Shown: positions 20,038 through 29,904, counted from the first letter of the stretch. The stretch: 64,000 bases of DNA from an uncultured Aliarcobacter sp. (GCA_963664305.2 CAXXLV010000002.1:800001-864000); one strand, 5' to 3'. Translations and numbers: made by a program. The notes: generated by a model not told the origin, from the letters alone.

Positions 20038-20738
20038 TGGAAGTAAATGATAAAAAGAATATTGAATTAGTACCAGATAAAGATGGATTTTTATTTGAAA
20101 TTGAGGACTATAACTATTTATTAAATAGAATTTGTGGATGGATTGGAGTTGTTGTCGGAAGTCTTTTTATTTTATTTTATTATAAAAATGGAGATATTTT
20201 AGCATTAAGAAATGACGGTCATAGAGGATACTTAATAGTAACAATAGGAGGGACATATATTATCTTTGAAGCCATAAAAGTGCTTATGTATGTTTTAAAA
20301 GATAAAAAGGAAAAAATAAAATTTTATATAGACTATATTTATAGAACAAACAATAATCTAAAAGTTCCTCTTACAAATATTGAAGAAGGATATATCGCAA
20401 AATATAATACATTTTCAAATAAAATTCCATGGAGAATTAGTGTTTTATCAACAATCATAGCTTTTGTATTAGGAGGGTGTATCGTTTTATTTCTTTTTTT
20501 AATAGGTCGATTTATTTACTCTATATTTAAAGGAAAAAAATATACTTTAGAGACCAATAATTTAATTTTGCTTCAAGATAATTATAATAGATATTGTATC
20601 TCTATTTCATTAAATATTGCTACACAAGATGAAATAGAAAAATTAAATCAATATCTCAATCAATATCTTCACACAGATATAAATAAAATGGAAAAGATTC
20701 TTTATAAAATACCTGAATTTAAAAGGAGTAACTTATGA
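20016..20738 (+). CDS. Hypothetical membrane protein, putative immunity protein (likely start ATG 20037)
   Basis: Three hydrophobic segments; its stop overlaps the next ATG (ATGA). Confidence 0.65.
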   Translation: MGKKGCIMEVNDKKNIELVPDKDGFLFEIEDYNYLLNRICGWIGVVVGSLFILFYYKNGDILALRNDGHRGYLIVTIGGTYIIFEAIKVLMYVLKDKKEKIKFYIDYIYRTNNNLKVPLTNIEEGYIAKYNTFSNKIPWRISVLSTIIAFVLGGCIVLFLFLIGRFIYSIFKGKKYTLETNNLILLQDNYNRYCISISLNIATQDEIEKLNQYLNQYLHTDINKMEKILYKIPEFKRSNL

Positions 20739-20821
20739 GTAGTGTACAAGACAATAATTCACAAGAAGTTTTAAATCAAACATATAGTTCAAAAGATTTT
20801 GTAAAAGATGCAATAGAATTA
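20735..20821 (+). pseudogene. N-terminal gene fragment truncated at an IS end
   Basis: AAGGAG RBS, then MSSVQDNNSQEVLNQTYSSKDFVKDAIEL runs into the IS3-like end at 20822. Confidence 0.6.
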
Positions 20822-21068
20822 TGGAATGACCCGGAGAAGGTAGACAGATTTTTATTAAGTTAATACCTTAGACTTATTAACACTTTCACTGTACTTTTCT
20901 CAAATTCATTTGGACTTGTTAAACGAAGTCTTACTTTTGGAGCAGTTTTTACTAACGGAAAGTTTGTTTCAAATAAAGTTGAATTGGTGAACATATTCCC
21001 ATAAGGTACAGGTTGTTGAACTTATATTTTTAAAGCTCATATGTGTCTTATTTTATGTTGACAAATCA
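20822..21068. mobile_element. Composite IS remnant: inverted IS3-like end plus family A end plus partial family B element
   Basis: 20822-20930 is the reverse complement of 9325-9433; 20931-21068 matches 15815-15951. Confidence 0.75.
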
Positions 21069-21098
21069 ACTATCTTAAATAAACTGAAATTATTTTCA

Positions 21099-24000
21099 TT
21101 AATCATGAATTATTTTATAATAATTTCTATATTCAGTTTTTTCACGTTCACCACTATAACTTAATTTTTTTACGCCATTTGGAAAATATCTTTTTTCAGT
21201 CCATACTAACCAAATTAATCGTTTGTTTTTTTCTTCAAGGTACTTTTCTAAATAATCTTTTCTGATATAAGTAAATGTAGATTTGTTATCAAAATCTTCT
21301 CCAAATTTAAAAGATGTTGATATTATTCCTCCATTTTGATTATATAAATTTGAACTTTGAGGTTTTAAATATATTCCAAGATTATTAGAAATATTTTTTG
21401 AAGGAACAATTGTCTCTCCTCTTGAAATAATTTCACTATGATAACTTTCCCAAGAATTTTTAAAAATTGTTGTTTCTAAATTTATTTCAATACTATCATT
21501 TTCTCGTTCAAAATATGTAATATCAATATATTTAGTTCTAAAACCCATTGATTCTGCAATTTTTTTTGTTCGTTCCTCATCATTATTATGTAGAAGAGAA
21601 ATATTTAATTTAAAATCATCGTTATTGATTTTATCCCAAACATCTTCTAAATATTCTTTTTCTTTTTTTTCTAATTCAACAAACTCAACTTCCGATAATT
21701 CTATGCCATTATTGAAAATTTTCAATTCTTTTTTTATTCTTTCCACATCATGATGATTATAAGAAATTTGAAAATTTTTTGAATAATTATAAGGTATTAA
21801 ATCACACCAAGGGATTTCACCGTCATATATATAATGTTCTTCTAAATTTTCTAAATAATCAAAACTATAATCATTATATGTAGCTGTTAAGTTTTTGATT
21901 TTTTTATATTCTTCTTCGTCCAGCAAAACTGCATTTATAGAAATATGAACATCTCTAGTTTGGTCTTCTTTATCCTTTTGAGATATAGAACCCTTTAAAA
22001 GAAGCCAATCATTTTTTTCGTTAGTTCCTAAATGACTATTTAATTTAATATAATCACTAATATCTAAGTCCTTATCATTTGAATACCATGTTACAGCTTC
22101 TTTTTCTAAATCTCCTAAAAAGTTATTCTTATTTATTTCTTCAAATAAATTATATTTTCTTAATTCAATAGGAAAACTCGGGTCAATATCTGTATCTGAG
22201 ATTCTTAATTCATCTTCATTTTCCCACTTTTTTAGTAAACCTAAATCACTTCTATATCCTGCCATTTCATAAAATGCAATCCAAGAATATTTTTTGCCAT
22301 ATCTATCTATTTTACCAGCACTTTCATTATTTGAATAACGCCAACTATCATCTCCAATTTGTTTATCAATTTTTCCAAATTTTGTAAATAAATATCCTAA
22401 ATTATACATTTTCCAATAAATTTGAGATAACATGAGTTTATATTCTTTATGTCCACTATCATAATTACTTCTTCCCTCTATCAATCTACCAATAGTATAA
22501 TTTTCAAAATCCATATGAATAGGTGTACCAAATCTATATTTTAATTCTTTGTAGTTTGGTATTATCCCCCATTCTTTGTGATAGTAGTTCTTTAAAGGAT
22601 ATTTAATTAACTCCTTTTCTGAATCAGTTAATAAACTAGAATGATGAATTAGTGCTATATCTATAGTTCTTTTTGCATAATCTCTAGTTAAAATATGTGT
22701 TGTAGGATATTTTGCTTTACTTGAAAACATATTATCAAAAAGAAAATTCCCATATAATGGTAAATATTCTTTTCTATATCTTTCATCATCGAAATCATTT
22801 TGTCTAGCCATTGCTAGCCCATAAGTTACAGCTAACATTCTTTCAACTACATAAGGGTCATTAATATCAATTGAATATTTTAATAAGTCTAAAAATTCTT
22901 TTGGGTATTTTCTTGCATAATAATATAATCCTCTTGTTGCTTCATCTCTAAGTCTTCTTATATTTGTAGTAAAAACCCACATAACTTTTTTAGCACCTAT
23001 GTGAATTCTATTAGATATTTGTTCTTGTTCTCTACATGCCTTTTCAAAATTATTAATAAATCCTGTAAAATATGAATTATCATACCAAGAATGATTTTTT
23101 CTTATATATTCACTCCAAAACAAATCTCTTTCCAACATTGATAAGTTTTTAAGTAAATTAGACCAGAAATTAAAATTTAAAGGATGATTAATATCAAATT
23201 CTACATTTGTAGACAGACTAAATAAATGATTTTTATTAGATAAAAATTCATTTTCTAAAAAGTTTTTTATTAACTTTTCATTTTTTTTAATAAACTTAGA
23301 GTTGATTTCAAAAAGAGACTCAATTGAATATTTTTTTGCTCTTTCATTCTCTAGTGTGTTAAATAAAAAAATATTAGCCTTTTTTATAATTAAAATAGTA
23401 ATCGTCCTAAGAATATCATCGTACAAAGGATGTTCTGTATTTTTTTCTAAAAGTTTTTTTCTAAAATCTTTTGATTTTACAAATTTTAATAAAGGTTCTT
23501 TTTTCCCTATTCTTTTATTTATATTATTTAGCCCATTTTCAATTAGCTCAGTCCCTCTCTCTGGTATGAAGAATTCAAGCCCTGTTTTTATTGAGTTAAT
23601 AAACCAATTATTTGATTTATATTTTAAGTATGGATAATATTCTTCATATGCTTGAATAAGATACTTAGAAATGAGATAACCACCTAATAAATCGTAGGTA
23701 AATTGTATTTCCTCTTTATCGTTCTTTGTATTCCAATCTCTATAGATAAGTAGGTTTTCTCCTTCAAAAACTCTTAACTCATCATCACTAAACAGTTTTT
23801 TAGAACGAGGCATTCCTCTAGTATTATTTTCCCAAAAATATTTAGAAAGTTGCAATAACTTGCTTTGTGTAAAGTCATTATTATACTTTGGGTCAAGTTC
23901 TTTTAATAAAGTTGTTATATTTTCATTACTTAATTGGATATATTCATCAAAAACATCAAATAAATCTTCCTTCTGAAATGATACTTTAACTACTTTATTA

Positions 24001-25739
24001 CGATTAGGATTTTTTGTTTCACAAAAGATTTTTAAGTGTAATGGATGTTTAAAATAACCTATTGCATTTGAACGATTTTCTAATTTTATTTTATAAAATT
24101 TAAAATAAGTTTCTATAGCTTTCCAATTTAACCCCTCAAAACCGTGAATAAACTCTTTTAATCTCCATCTATCATCATAGTTAAAATATTTCTTTGGAAA
24201 TAATTGGTCTTCATAAGAGTTACGATATGTTGTTATTAAAACTATATGGGGATATTGTTTTAATTTTAAAATAAATTTTTCTAAACCATTTTTCCATACA
24301 GAATTCCAATGTGTAGATTCATTTAATCCATCTATAATAATTGGTATTTTTACTTTATATACTCTTGCACTAATTTCTAAAGCACCTAAAAAATCATCAA
24401 ATGTCCAATCAACTGGTATAGAAAAGTTATCTTTTAATTGATTTTCTAAATTTTGGTCTGTATATATTTCCTTAGCTAAAATAAAAATAGCAGGCTCTTT
24501 TTGATTTAGAATTTGATTTTCAAAAATATTAAAAGAGACATGAGTTTTTCCCATACCAGCTTCACCTGAAATATGAAGTTCATTTTGCTCTAATAAATCA
24601 AATACTCTAAAAACTCCTTCTAGTGAAGAAATTGCATATTCACTTAAATCATATAAAGGAGAAAAAAGAATATCCCTAATTTTTTTTCTTTTTCTATTTT
24701 CAGTTTCAATTTTATCTTTTTCTTTTTTTTCTAAATCTGCACTATTTTCTTTTTCTACCCTAAGATGTTTAATAGGTTCACATAAGTCTGATTCTGATAA
24801 ATCATCATATTTTTTATAAAATTCTTTTAAAGAATTTATATATTTGTCAAGTTCTTTTATTTTAAGTTTTAGTTTTTGTTCATCTTTTATTAAAATGATT
24901 TGTTTTATTTCTTCTATCTTATTGATTGCAATATCAATAATATTCTCTTTTTCTTCTAAAAACTTCCTAAAATATGTTTGTATATCTTTATATTCATCTT
25001 TTACATCTTCAGAAAACAGTTTTATTAAAGATTGTTTATATTCCTCGGCATAAATTAATACTTGATGTTGTTCCATTTCTTTTTCAATAACTTCTATAAA
25101 TTTATTTCCACCTAGTATTTTGTAAATTGTCATATCAATATTTGTTTGAATATGAATTTCAGATATATATTTAGTTTTTATTTGTGTTTTAGCAATATCT
25201 ATTTTATACCTATTTTCAAACCATTCCTGTGTAAGGAATTTTTCTGAAAAGAAAAATCTATGGATTGATGGATAATCTTTCAAATAATTAAGTAATTCAC
25301 TTTCTCCCCAATGTATAAGCTCTACATTATGATTAGTTGGTAAAACGGTTCTTCCATTTTTAGTTGAGTTTGCTAAATCATCGTCAAACCAGTTTTTTTC
25401 ATCAGGTGTAAAGTTACATTTACTACAAAGAAACCATTTTTTTATGTTAGGATGTTTATCATATGTAGTTTGTAGAGATTTTTTAATTTGCTCTTTTCTT
25501 CCTCCCTCATTTAAACGACAAAAATATTTAGCTTGCCAACCATAAACATCACCATTTTCATAAGTTAGATAAAATTCAACTCCATCTCCACCACCACTAT
25601 CATCAATAGAAGTTAAAATTGCACCATTTAAAATATCATCTTTAAGTTTTTCTGATACTATTTGATAGCATAATTCCTCAAAACTTTTTTTAGTATCACC
25701 TGAATATGGTTGTAACTTATCCCAATTTATATTTTGCAT
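21099..25739 (-). CDS. Avs (AVAST)-like antiviral STAND protein with an N-terminal PD-(D/E)xK nuclease
   Basis: FEELCYQI...DGVE...GWQAKYF nuclease motif, Walker A GEAGMGKT, Walker B IIIDGLNE, NDPYVVERMLA and RYGKKYSWIA motifs; 1546 aa. Confidence 0.8.
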   Translation of the reverse strand: MQNINWDKLQPYSGDTKKSFEELCYQIVSEKLKDDILNGAILTSIDDSGGGDGVEFYLTYENGDVYGWQAKYFCRLNEGGRKEQIKKSLQTTYDKHPNIKKWFLCSKCNFTPDEKNWFDDDLANSTKNGRTVLPTNHNVELIHWGESELLNYLKDYPSIHRFFFSEKFLTQEWFENRYKIDIAKTQIKTKYISEIHIQTNIDMTIYKILGGNKFIEVIEKEMEQHQVLIYAEEYKQSLIKLFSEDVKDEYKDIQTYFRKFLEEKENIIDIAINKIEEIKQIILIKDEQKLKLKIKELDKYINSLKEFYKKYDDLSESDLCEPIKHLRVEKENSADLEKKEKDKIETENRKRKKIRDILFSPLYDLSEYAISSLEGVFRVFDLLEQNELHISGEAGMGKTHVSFNIFENQILNQKEPAIFILAKEIYTDQNLENQLKDNFSIPVDWTFDDFLGALEISARVYKVKIPIIIDGLNESTHWNSVWKNGLEKFILKLKQYPHIVLITTYRNSYEDQLFPKKYFNYDDRWRLKEFIHGFEGLNWKAIETYFKFYKIKLENRSNAIGYFKHPLHLKIFCETKNPNRNKVVKVSFQKEDLFDVFDEYIQLSNENITTLLKELDPKYNNDFTQSKLLQLSKYFWENNTRGMPRSKKLFSDDELRVFEGENLLIYRDWNTKNDKEEIQFTYDLLGGYLISKYLIQAYEEYYPYLKYKSNNWFINSIKTGLEFFIPERGTELIENGLNNINKRIGKKEPLLKFVKSKDFRKKLLEKNTEHPLYDDILRTITILIIKKANIFLFNTLENERAKKYSIESLFEINSKFIKKNEKLIKNFLENEFLSNKNHLFSLSTNVEFDINHPLNFNFWSNLLKNLSMLERDLFWSEYIRKNHSWYDNSYFTGFINNFEKACREQEQISNRIHIGAKKVMWVFTTNIRRLRDEATRGLYYYARKYPKEFLDLLKYSIDINDPYVVERMLAVTYGLAMARQNDFDDERYRKEYLPLYGNFLFDNMFSSKAKYPTTHILTRDYAKRTIDIALIHHSSLLTDSEKELIKYPLKNYYHKEWGIIPNYKELKYRFGTPIHMDFENYTIGRLIEGRSNYDSGHKEYKLMLSQIYWKMYNLGYLFTKFGKIDKQIGDDSWRYSNNESAGKIDRYGKKYSWIAFYEMAGYRSDLGLLKKWENEDELRISDTDIDPSFPIELRKYNLFEEINKNNFLGDLEKEAVTWYSNDKDLDISDYIKLNSHLGTNEKNDWLLLKGSISQKDKEDQTRDVHISINAVLLDEEEYKKIKNLTATYNDYSFDYLENLEEHYIYDGEIPWCDLIPYNYSKNFQISYNHHDVERIKKELKIFNNGIELSEVEFVELEKKEKEYLEDVWDKINNDDFKLNISLLHNNDEERTKKIAESMGFRTKYIDITYFERENDSIEINLETTIFKNSWESYHSEIISRGETIVPSKNISNNLGIYLKPQSSNLYNQNGGIISTSFKFGEDFDNKSTFTYIRKDYLEKYLEEKNKRLIWLVWTEKRYFPNGVKKLSYSGEREKTEYRNYYKIIHD

Positions 25740-26354
25740 TAAAAATCTTTTTATTGTAATTTTATTTATTATACAAAAATAATGATTTAATAAAAAAATA
25801 CTTAAAGTTCTATCTAACTTTTGAAACTAAAACAGTTTACTATAAATTTTTAAAGCATATAATTTTATGTGCTTTATTATATCTAAGTAATCAAATTCAT
25901 TATAATATCTTTATCAGTTGGCTAAATATAAGAAAAGACAACAGTTTAACTATATCCTTGTCCACAACCTCTAGGTTTTAGAACACGAAACATTCAAATT
26001 GGTTTTACGTGTTCCATAAAGTGCTCAAAAAGTATAAACTGTAAAGTTCCACAAACCTTAAGGGATTATTGAACGAAAAAAGTGAATTTTTAAATTATAA
26101 ATTTAAAGCTTCATTTAATTTTCCTAAAAAAATGTTAAACTCCAATTCTAAATAGTCATTGAGTACTTTTAACTTGTGTTTTCGATATATATGTAGAGAG
26201 ATTTTACTGAATTTTAAACTCTTATTTTCTGTAAATTTATTACCAAATTTTACACTTCGTTTGACAAAAATGAAGACAAAAAGTAAAAATTAATAAAAAG
26301 AGTCATTTATGAGACATTTATTTTGTAAAATAAAAATAAATAAGGAAAATTAAA

Positions 26355-26762
26355 TTGACAAGAATAAATCCATCAAATTACGGAAATACTCCATTTGAAA
26401 AGTTAATTGGACATAATAAAAATATCTTAGATAAATGGAATGAATTAGAAGTCACATTATTTCAAAATAGCTCTTTAGATAATAATTTGTTAGAACAAGT
26501 TAGAAGAGCTTTAGCTTTTAAGAATGAATGTGAATATTGTATGACAAAAGCAGGTAATGTAGATAAATATATTGATGAAAAAACAAAAATTGCTGTTGCA
26601 TTTGCACAATTTTTTGCAATGGATTATAAAAGTATTAATGATGAACATTTTGATTTATTGAAAAAAGAATTTAGTGAAAATGAGATTTCTGAACTTTGTT
26701 CATTTATAGCATTTATAACTTCTTGCCAAAAACTTGGAAAAATCTATAATTTAAGTATATAA
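26355..26762 (+). CDS. Carboxymuconolactone decarboxylase/AhpD-like protein
   Basis: CEYC motif in EQVRRALAFKNECEYC; LKKEFSENEISEL. Confidence 0.75.
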   Translation: MTRINPSNYGNTPFEKLIGHNKNILDKWNELEVTLFQNSSLDNNLLEQVRRALAFKNECEYCMTKAGNVDKYIDEKTKIAVAFAQFFAMDYKSINDEHFDLLKKEFSENEISELCSFIAFITSCQKLGKIYNLSI

Positions 26763-26964
26763 TTAAAAAAGCTCAGGGGACAACTATAATATCAATTCTC
26801 TTTTTCTTTCAACTTATCAGGGTATTTTTAGATAATATTGTTCTCTTTTTTTAATACTTAAAATCTATTTCTTAAGTTTTTGTCTTTTCTTCCATTCCTC
26901 TCCAGGAATATTATATTTCTTAGTCTCATCAAGTTGATCCGGCTACACTCGTATAATAACATCA

Positions 26965-28230
26965 GAGATATATTGTAATATATTTCAAAGAGTTTGTTGT
27001 TGATATATCGGTGCTACACAAAGCAGTAAATCTACTAGCTTGTTATTTAGTCAGATAGTTATACTTCAAATTTGAGTGGCGACAAGATAAGTTTAAAACT
27101 ATTTCGAATTCACGAGTAAAAGTTATGTATAACCATTCAGCTAGGAGTAAATACTCCTAACCTAACGAACTCTTCATGCTTTAATACGGAGGTTCTTTAA
27201 ATGTATTCTATCGGATTAGATGTAAGCAAGTCAACAATTAATTGTTATATTCCCAATGGAGAAATTAATTTAGTAATAGATAATAATGAAAAATCATTAA
27301 ATCAATTTTATTTAAAACTTAAAAAGATTTATAAAAAAGATATTAATAAAATAGTTTTTATTTTTGAACCTACAGGAAGCTATTCTAGTTTATTAAAAAG
27401 TTTTTGTACCAAAAAAAGTATCAAAGCTTTTATCGTAAATCCAAAACAAAGTCATAACTTTGCAAAAGCTATAGCTCAAAGAAATAAATCAGATAAAATT
27501 GATGCACAAGTTTTATCAAAGATGATTTCTATTGCAACAAATAGTGATATTAAAGTTCCTGTATATGATGAAAATATAGAAAATATAAAAGATTATATGA
27601 GTTATTATAAGTTTGTTGTAAAGGAACTTGTACAAGCAAAAAATGTTCTTGAAGCAATGAGTAATAGCCAAACAAATAAGTATATTTTAAATTCACTAGA
27701 AAAGAAAATTGATGCTTTGCAAAAAGAGTCTTTGAAAATAATTGAAAAAATAAAAGAAATCATTTCACAAGATCCTTTTTTATTACAATCTTTTAATAAT
27801 ATTAAAACTATTAAAGGTGTTGGAGATATAACTGCTATTGTACTTTTACATCTATTTTTAAAGCAAATAATATCTTTAACAGGATTAGAACCAATAGCAA
27901 AATCTTCGGATAGTTCTATTAAATCAAAACCTAAAATATCAAAAGCTGGTTTAAATTATATAGAGGAACCATATTTATGAGTGCATTAAGTATAATAAGA
28001 TTTAATCCTAAGATTAAAGAATTTTATAATCGTTTAAAAGAGAATGGTAAACAATCAACCTTGGCTCAAGTTGTAGTTATGAGAAAATTAATTATTATTG
28101 CCCATTCCTTGTATAAAAATAATCAGGAATATATTAATTAAAATCATCAATAAAAGATTTTAATTTTTAAGGTGGCGACTAAATAGATCTTAGAAACAAA
28201 ACAACCTCTTGACTCAATATTAAAACTAAC
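26965..28230 (+). mobile_element. IS110-family element, degenerate (ends approximate)
   Basis: Transposase pseudogene with a structured 5' noncoding region of about 215 bp and imperfect subterminal inverted repeats aagagtttgttgtt / aacaaaacaacctctt. Confidence 0.7.
27201..28141 (+). pseudogene. IS110 transposase, frameshifted
   Basis: IGLDVSK, FEPTG and KSDKIDA (DEDD) motifs; the C-terminus continues in another frame (RGTIFMSAL...VMRKLIIIAHSLYKNNQEYIN*). Confidence 0.85.
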
Positions 28231-28290
28231 ACCTTTTAGACCATAATACTAGATAATATTTTTACTAATTTTCTAAATCTTAATGTCATA

Positions 28291-28464
28291 TATTAACTCC
28301 AATTATTTTAATTAAAAAATCAAATATAATAAAATAAATGCTAAAAGTATTAAAAAAAGCCAATCAATTATTTCAAATTTAGTTTGATTCATAATTAACC
28401 TTATCAAATTTTTTTATAAGATTAAATATTATCAGATAAAATACTCACTATTTACTTTTTTTAT
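28291..28464. repeat. Direct repeat of about 170 bp, copy 2
   Basis: Contains the minus-strand ORF 28312-28392 MNQTKFEIIDWLFLILLAFILLYLIF*. Confidence 0.8.
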
Positions 28465-28578
28465 TAATTAAAAAATAAATATAATTTTCTACAACTTACA
28501 AAACTGCAAAACTTATCAAAGATTGATATCGAAGAGCTTTCTTAATTATTTTGAAGAAAATTTAATAATCTCTTTAAA

Positions 28579-29904
28579 TTAATCTAAAATATTTAAAACT
28601 TCAAGAAGCTCTTTTTCTGTTTTAGTTGGAAATAAAATCTTTAATTGATTTAATTTTTCACTATCAATAGGCTTAGTTATTTGTTCATCAAAAATTTCAT
28701 CAAGCATAGCATCAATTACTTTACCAAAAGAATAATAATTAATTTTTCCATACCTAGTAGTAATAGTTTTATTTTGCTTATGTCCTAAAATTGCGCCAGT
28801 AATATCATCTCCTATTCCCATCCCATTTTTTAAATATGTTGCTATGCAATTTCTTATCTGATGTATTACTATTGATTTATAATTCCAATGATTTCTAATT
28901 GTTCCAATACTATAAGGTTCATTTTTATTATTAATTTTTGTAAAAATATATCCATTATCTTTAATTCCTATTGATTCTAAAACTTCTTTTAATCTATTAG
29001 ATAAATAATAAATCATATCAATTCTTGCTTTATTATTTATGGCTCTTACAGTATAAGTGTTTTCCTCAAAATTTATATCATTCCACTCTAAAGTTACAAT
29101 TTCACCGAATCTTCTACCATGCATCAAAAACATAAAAATTTCTCTAACAGGAGATAATGGATAATTTTTTAATTCTTTGAAAAGTTCTTTTATTTCATTT
29201 AAAGATAATGCTAAACCTCTTTCATTATTTAACGGTGGTAAATCTTTTTGAAGTGCAGGAGATGGAATATTAATTCCAAATTTTGCAGCTTTCATGTTAA
29301 AATATTTAAAAACTGGATTAACTGATTGATAAACACTTCGAGAAGTTCTCTCGGATAATCCTTCTTTTTTAATATTTAATACGATTTTATGTATGTCTTC
29401 TTCATCTATCATAGCAATAGGTTTATTCATTATTGATTTCAACCATTTATTGTGAAATTGTTCCAATCTTTTTTTGGGAAATTCTTTTTTATCATCTCTA
29501 GCTTGATATTGAGATACTTTATATTCTAAATAAAGCTCGAAAACTTTTGCATAAATCATATCTAATGTAAATTCTTGTTTTGAATATCTATTAATACTTA
29601 ATTCATTCATTAACATCTCATATTCTTTTGAAGCTTTCTTAATCGCATCTAATAATGTAATATCAGGATCAAAAATCATAGTCTTTTTACTTTGTATTCT
29701 TTTACCATTTATCATTTTTGATGCTCTTACTTGTATCTTGTAAGGCTTTGAAAATGTTATATTTGAATTTATTATAGTATTATCTTTAATTTTACTAGAT
29801 GGAATTTGTCCATCATCTTTATATGTTAAACCACTTGTATTAACTTTTTTTAAATCAAATTTTAAAAACATTATAAATACTCCTAAGAACACAAAATAGT
29901 ACAC
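28579..29904 (-). CDS. Tyrosine integrase of the island (likely start ATG 29871)
   Basis: HGRRFGEIVTLEW, HQIR, ILGH and TTRY motifs; adjacent to the tRNA fragment. Confidence 0.85.
   Translation of the reverse strand: MYYFVFLGVFIMFLKFDLKKVNTSGLTYKDDGQIPSSKIKDNTIINSNITFSKPYKIQVRASKMINGKRIQSKKTMIFDPDITLLDAIKKASKEYEMLMNELSINRYSKQEFTLDMIYAKVFELYLEYKVSQYQARDDKKEFPKKRLEQFHNKWLKSIMNKPIAMIDEEDIHKIVLNIKKEGLSERTSRSVYQSVNPVFKYFNMKAAKFGINIPSPALQKDLPPLNNERGLALSLNEIKELFKELKNYPLSPVREIFMFLMHGRRFGEIVTLEWNDINFEENTYTVRAINNKARIDMIYYLSNRLKEVLESIGIKDNGYIFTKINNKNEPYSIGTIRNHWNYKSIVIHQIRNCIATYLKNGMGIGDDITGAILGHKQNKTITTRYGKINYYSFGKVIDAMLDEIFDEQITKPIDSEKLNQLKILFPTKTEKELLEVLNILD

Noticed and set aside
9434..21068. Family B repeats as integron attC sites
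   Set aside because: The ends do not fit RYYYAAC/GTTRRRY, they do not follow every ORF, they truncate genes, and no IntI-like integrase is evident. The TG...CA termini fit IS3-derived ends better.
26770..26960. Possible minus-strand gene remnant
   Set aside because: Multiple stops and no family could be recognised.
28238..28289. MTLRFRKLVKILSSIMV as a DUF4236-like gene start
   Set aside because: The resemblance covers only 17 aa next to the IS110 end, too short to support a call.
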